Shown here piece by piece: positions 59,007 through 64,000 of a stretch of DNA of 64,000 nucleotides. Made by a program: the position numbers and the translations under genes. The notes under the pieces were generated by a model. That model made no database searches. It was given only the letters and a program-made list of their open reading frames with translations, and was not told the DNA's origin. This DNA is from Entomortierella parvispora E1425 (lineage: Eukaryota; Fungi; Mortierellomycota): NCBI GenBank assembly GCA_020891255.1, contig BQFW01000005.1, positions 434,001 through 498,000 of the forward strand. The letters run 5' to 3'. Within the stretch, counting starts at the first letter, position 1. Each line of letters opens with the position of its first letter.

Positions 59007-62000
59007 ATGGCCCAACCTTTACCCTTTGTCATGGAGGCACAGGCTCTTTCTCCGACTTCTCAGGCTGCGTACATTGGAGGATCAACGCAATTCAACATTG
59101 GAAAAAATTCGACGCCACCCAACATTGGAAAAGAGTCGCCGCGACCCAGCATTGGAGATGAATCACCGCGACCCAAGCATGCGTCAGAGGAGTCTCTGCT
59201 CGATCCTTTCTGTGACAACACTGATGGAGAGCCATTCGATAGCCCATTCTGGCTTCGGAGATTAGGAAGTAATCGAACAGAGACGCCGATGATATGGGTT
59301 TCTGGGAACGATTACATGAGGACCCCCACAAGAAAAAACTCGCGACGATCTAGGAATCTGAGCACCCCTCAGTTCGCGTAAGCATGAGATACCCCAACCT
59401 GCCTACCCTGTCGCAACTTTAGTTGCCCCCAGGTTTACGCAAATTTCTAACATGCAGTGAAATTCAGTGATAGGATTAGGACTTTAACGGCCGACATGGA
59501 GGAGCAGTTCAACTCATCGACACTGCAGGTAAATTCAGCACATGGTTTCGAAAACATCCTTATCGTAATTTATGAATTACCTCTCAAGTGAATTACGAAT
59601 TACGTATAGATGTGCATGCCCGATTCCCCCCACACTCAGAGCGACCAATGGAGAGGATCGAATGCCCGGATCAACAAGGAAGCCGCATGTATGTGAAGAC
59701 CGGTTGTCCAAAGAAACCAGCAATATGTCACTCCCACAGGCGTCTAACAATTATTTTTCTTTTTAGCATTCCTCTACCCACAAAGTTGCAATGATTCTTA
59801 ACTACATCAGGGAACAACAGCTTTCACTTCCCGCCTTCTTCGAGAAGCTGTTTAACTCTCAAGATGAAAACATCAAGCGCTGGACTCATCAATTCTATCA
59901 CAAAGACGGTCCTCGTCGCGTTATCAAAATTTGGAGCCAAAAGTTACGCAAGATCAAAGAATGGGATGCCCCATTTGTGAACAGCGCTGTAGACGTCGTT
60001 GTCTCAAGGACTAAACGGGAGCTTGATCGCCTCAAGAACGGCGTCGTAGGTGACGATGGCCCACACCCAGCCTACCGATTCCCGCACAATAGAATGTCGG
60101 AGGAAAATATCGATAAGATCCTCAGGAACGGGTTTCTCGACTCTTACGCCGGCGAAGCTTCTTTTTTGACACGACTTTTGGACGGCATGCTTAGCAAGGG
60201 AAATGGTACGAACAGTGGCGATGGTAGCACCAGAGTAAACGAAGGCAACAACAACGGCAACGACAGTGAGAACGACACCGAGAGCAACAGCGACAACAGC
60301 GACAATAGCGGCGACAACGACATCGACAGCAACGGCGATAACACCGTCAACAACGGCAGTGACAACATCGGCAACAATGATGAAGAAACTGTGGGAAGCG
60401 CTACACCTGCTCGCAGGCGCGGTCGAAAACCCAGCTCTGTTCGTGGCTGCATCTCTGCTATGCTCATGTTCTTGAGATCCCAGCAATGCAATGCTTTTCA
60501 GATGGTAATGGGCATCTATCTTCACTGCCTGGGAGCTCCCAGACGAGTTTTAGAGACTTTGTCGGCTCTTGGACTTTGCGTGTCATATGATCAGATTCAC
60601 AGGGCATTGAAGGCCTTGACCAAAGACGCACAGGAGAGGGTGAAGGTGGCAGTCCTCAACAACGACTTTTACATTGTATACGACAACATCAACATTGCCA
60701 CAAGGCACCATCACCAGAGAGTAGGAAAAAGAGACACGTTCGACAACGGCACAGCTGCTACCGTGATTCTGATTCCCGACAGCTCAAATCTCGGGAGCTC
60801 CAGGAGTGCTGAAATACCTCGATCATCCCCAATGGTTTGCTTCAGAGTGGACAGGCCAGAGCCAAGCGCCAGCATTTTTTTCCCCACAAGCACCGACCGC
60901 ACCATGACTAGGGCTGCCTGCCGCACACATCTGTCGACTGCCATTTCGCAGTTTTTGCCTCGATCACCCAGTGTTTGCGTGATTCCCATGCCGGCCATTG
61001 ACGTACTGAAGGTTGTTAAGACGAAAACTTTTCCATTGCCAACCATGAAGATCGATGAGTCGACTATTGCCGGAAATCTCGCAGTGCTGGAAAACATAAC
61101 AAAGATAGATCTCGGCTTAAGCGATGAATGGTTCAGCAAGACCACCAGGGACATCATAGTGGCCGGTGATCAGATGACTGTCTCTAGACTTTTATCTCTC
61201 AAGGTACACCGCATGGTTGAGTCGGATCCATTCGGCAGTCTTGGTTGGGTACATCCTACGTTTCAGCTCTTCCATCTCCAAATGACACTTTGCTCCACGA
61301 TCTACAAGACACATCTTGGCGCCGATGCCAATACCCCAGGCTCACTTGCATCATTCATTTCCCTATTGGCCAGTAAAGGCTTTAACACGGATAAACCGGA
61401 GTACAAGCCAACCAGTGAACTGCTGAAGATTGTTTTCGACGCAATGTCAATGGTACTCTGGGAAGATCTTCATACCTCAGTGGAGTCTGACATGACAAGA
61501 TTCGTTGATCTTGTCATTTACGCCATAGCTAGTCTGCAGCATGCCAATCCCTTGCTCAATGGCCGGCCCTGCACTCCAGCAGATATCAATGCTCTTCTCT
61601 TCCTCCGAGACATGATCGTTTTCATCGAACTCTCTGCTGCTATTAAGGCTGGCGATCTTGGGCGGATAAGATGTGTGCTACCAACCGTGGCATTGATGAT
61701 GCACGGCGGAGGCAATTCCAAATATGCCCTTGAGCTACTACGATTTTCTCCACGGCATGCGCCACCTGTGGACGCGTGAATGGGAACACAGGGTCCTTTC
61801 AAGCATGCTGGTGAACCCTAAAGGCATTCCTCAAGCATGGATGCCAACGGACATGTACCAAGAAATCATCAACTTCCTCCTCAAAGCCACTCATGCAGCG
61901 AAAGGGCCAAACGCAAGCTGGGACTATCTTCGCGAACAAATCTCAACAAACGTCGAGATATTTCAAACCATTGCACGTAATTTCGAACGGGAGATAGAAA

Positions 62001-62263
62001 CCAAGTACAACAGCACTGCTCACAAAAAACCATCCACGAAAGAGGATGTTGAGCTTGTCAGAGACAATCTCCAGTTCTGTGGAATCCTTTGGGCATCCAA
62101 GCAAGACACTCGGCCTTCTCCATCCGTGGTAGTTGACCTTCAAACTGTTGGCGCGCACAAAATGGCAGAGAGTGCTATAGCATGTTTTCTCAGAAAAAGC
62201 GATAGCTACGATACTGTGGATATGGAGGAAGTCGAGGCCAACGACCATGTTGTAGCTGAATGA
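59007..62263 (+). CDS. DUF6589-type protein, putative RNase H-fold transposase-like; exons 59007-59377, 59468-59528, 59767-62263; one +1 frameshift at 61744-61747
   Basis: Motifs VYDNINI...HHQRVGKRDTFDNGTAAT, LPTMKIDESTIAGNL, VAGDQMT, LFHLQM, ELSAAIKAGDLGR, HGGGNSKYALELL, LVNPKG...WMPTDMYQEIIN. Removing one T from cgattttctc fuses ORFs 59791..61779 and 61724..62263. The upstream exons are phase-consistent but tentative. Family assignment is from recalled motifs. Confidence 0.7.
59093..59173 (+). repeat. 27-bp coding minisatellite (3 units; NIGKNSTPP/NIGKESPRP/SIGDESPRP)
   Basis: caacattggaaaaaattcgacgccacc caacattggaaaagagtcgccgcgacc cagcattggagatgaatcaccgcgacc. Confidence 0.85.
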
Positions 62264-62429
62264 TATTTTATGACAATAATAATACTAACTAAAGAAGAAT
62301 GAATGAATGGGACCTGGGCTCGTGCGATGTTAAATGGCCCGGCCGGCTGTAAATGTTTGGTTGTGCAGGGTCATCAGATGCAAGCAGTGACTCCATCTCC
62401 TTGTCATCTTGGCTCGGTCAATTGATGGG

Positions 62430-63917
62430 CTATTCTTCGACTACCAAGGAATTTTGATCATTTTTCGTACTTTCTATCTCGCCCAGGGCTTTCGCCACAA
62501 CCTCAGCGATCATTTCAAAATGATCGCAATCCACTGGCACAAAATCACAGCTGTCAGCTATCAACCTCACCATTTCAGTAGTGGTGGCCGCAAAGAGCTT
62601 GTAGCACAACCTTGCGAGTACTTTATCGGGCAAAACGCAAAGCTCGAAGTCCACGAAGGACACTTCTTCTCCTGTCCATTTTTTGCACTCGTTCTTCCTC
62701 CACTCCAATAACCTGTTCCTCCCTACATCCTGATCTTTGTCCGCGCTCTTCCCCTTTGGTATAGTCAGTTCGGGCCCAATTTGACCAGTAAGTTCGGTCG
62801 TCTTGCGGCGACAAGACTCACCGAGACATACATCACAACATTTGGTACGAGAGGATATTTTGTTCCCTAGATATTCATCCACCACATGCCACCGACATTT
62901 CCTCCGACTGTTGTCCTTGTCCTTTTCCTTGTCCTTTTCCTTGTCCTTGTCCTTGTCAATTGGGGGGGCAACGAAATTTAAGATGTCAGGTCTCTTGTTG
63001 TATTTCCTGCTGGTAGTTGGAGGCGCCAAGAGGATCCCAAAGCCTTTAGTTCCAGGACCCCTCGCTGCTCGACCGAACCTCTGCACAAGACTCGTCAAAT
63101 CGTGAGGCAGACTTCATATCATTGAAAATATCTTGAAGTAAGTAAGATCGTCTCTCATTTCATCCGCATTGTCCAACCTTAGTTACGTTTCAACTTACTC
63201 ATATTGGAACACAGTGATAACATCTGAGATATCGCATCCCATGCCGCAGGCATCAGTAGCCAACAGGACATCAATCTCGCTATTAATGAACTTGAGCAGG
63301 ACTTTATCCTTGGAAGAACTAAGGCGGGTTGAGAAAAATGCGTCCATTCGCAGATCAGGCCTCAATGGCCTTAACTTGTCCTGTACATCTCTGAGAAGTG
63401 CGATGCTGTCAAAATAGACAATCGTCTTTGTATTGTCCAGCAACTTCGCCAGTTGTCTGACTCGATTCCTTAGTGAAAAGGTATGAACTTCGAGCTGGAT
63501 GTTATCACGAATGTCATCCACACGAATGACATGAACGGTGGACGAGGCGAGAAAGACGCTATTCTTGATTTCCTGGAGCGAATCGGGTGGGAGGGTTGCA
63601 GTCAGGCCTACGATCGGCACCCCAGGTACCTTACCACGCAATGATCCAATTTGCGAATAATACGGCCGAAAATCTTTCCATTTATCTACACAGTGGACTT
63701 CATCTACGACGATGGAGCATAGTTGACTTTTCCAATACTTATTGTTCCAAAGGTCCTGAACCTTGCATGCAGTAGATCCTTTCCCGAAAATGACTTCTGG
63801 CGACATGAACACAGCTCTGTAATGTCCCTCCTTAACTAATTTAATGTCACTGTCGTTAACTCGATTGCCGTTGTAGGTCGAGAGTAGCAAACAAGTGACA
63901 TCCTTTTCTTTGAGTTT
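62430..63917 (-). CDS. RecQ-like superfamily-2 DNA helicase (5' part beyond the window), with RQC Zn-binding and HRDC-like regions
   Basis: VFMSPE, IVVDEVHC.DKWKDFRPYY (motif II plus aromatic loop), GLTATL (III), IVYF (IV), LATDACGMGCDISDV (V); intron 63112-63198; YDLPHDLTSLVQRFGRAARG (VI); CRW...CCDVC; LLEWRK...VLPDKVLARL. Confidence 0.88.
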
Positions 63918-64000
63918 CTAGAGTATTAACACAGGGTCGCATTGCGCGATATGTTAGAAAAAAGTATACCTGTTAGACTGGTATATTGTATGCTGGCATA

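Larger units (their letters stand above)
58400..64000. mobile_element. Candidate DNA transposon-like module (DUF6589 gene + convergent RecQ helicase); boundaries undefined
   Basis: Transposase-like gene paired tail-to-tail with a non-housekeeping RecQ, preceded by short repeat arrays and an AT-rich break. No TIR or TSD can be tested because the right end is outside the window. Confidence 0.45.

Noticed and set aside
62430-64000. RecQ gene as a telomere-linked helicase (TLH/Y'-like) or the housekeeping Sgs1
   Set aside because: No telomeric repeats are visible, and the compact C-terminus and pairing with DUF6589 differ from typical Sgs1. Not fully excluded, because the 5' end is outside the window.
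59007-64000. Helitron interpretation
   Set aside because: The helicase is SF2 RecQ (DEVH), not Pif1/SF1, and no HUH Rep motifs are seen.

Overview
This is intron-rich fungal nuclear DNA. The gene families (a tandem ABCC/MRP expansion, an expanded P-loop GTPase-like family and a lineage-type 4-TM protein) suggest Mortierellaceae (Mortierellomycotina); this is inference, with no database search. From 1 to about 57 kb it is mostly ordinary gene-dense chromosome: a GTPase-like coiled-coil protein, a Tex30/KANSL3-like alpha/beta hydrolase, a DHA1-type MFS transporter, TRM13, a YbjQ/UPF0145 protein with microexons, QCR8, succinyl-CoA ligase beta (LSC2), a YdcZ-type DMT exporter, an Arb2/FAM172 protein, three full-length ABCC transporters (two in tandem), a perilipin, verprolin, a secreted Cys-rich protein, a coiled-coil protein, an AlkB-type dioxygenase and dynein light chain LC8. 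After the third ABCC gene lie two decayed relics: a frameshifted membrane-protein gene and an intron-containing degenerate copy of part of that ABCC gene. The last ~6.5 kb looks accessory or mobile. It holds a probably inactivated PD-(D/E)XK-like ORF, short tandem repeats, a spliced DUF6589-type gene with a candidate D-D-E triad and one +1 frameshift, and, tail-to-tail with it, a RecQ-like helicase cut by the window end. This DUF6589 + RecQ pair is the best candidate for an undescribed system, a putative helicase-carrying DNA transposon. A perfect 20-bp intronic hairpin next to an 8-nt microexon is the second most striking signal. Exon boundaries were inferred by eye from GT-AG signals and frame continuity. 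I recognised no tRNA, rRNA or CRISPR.
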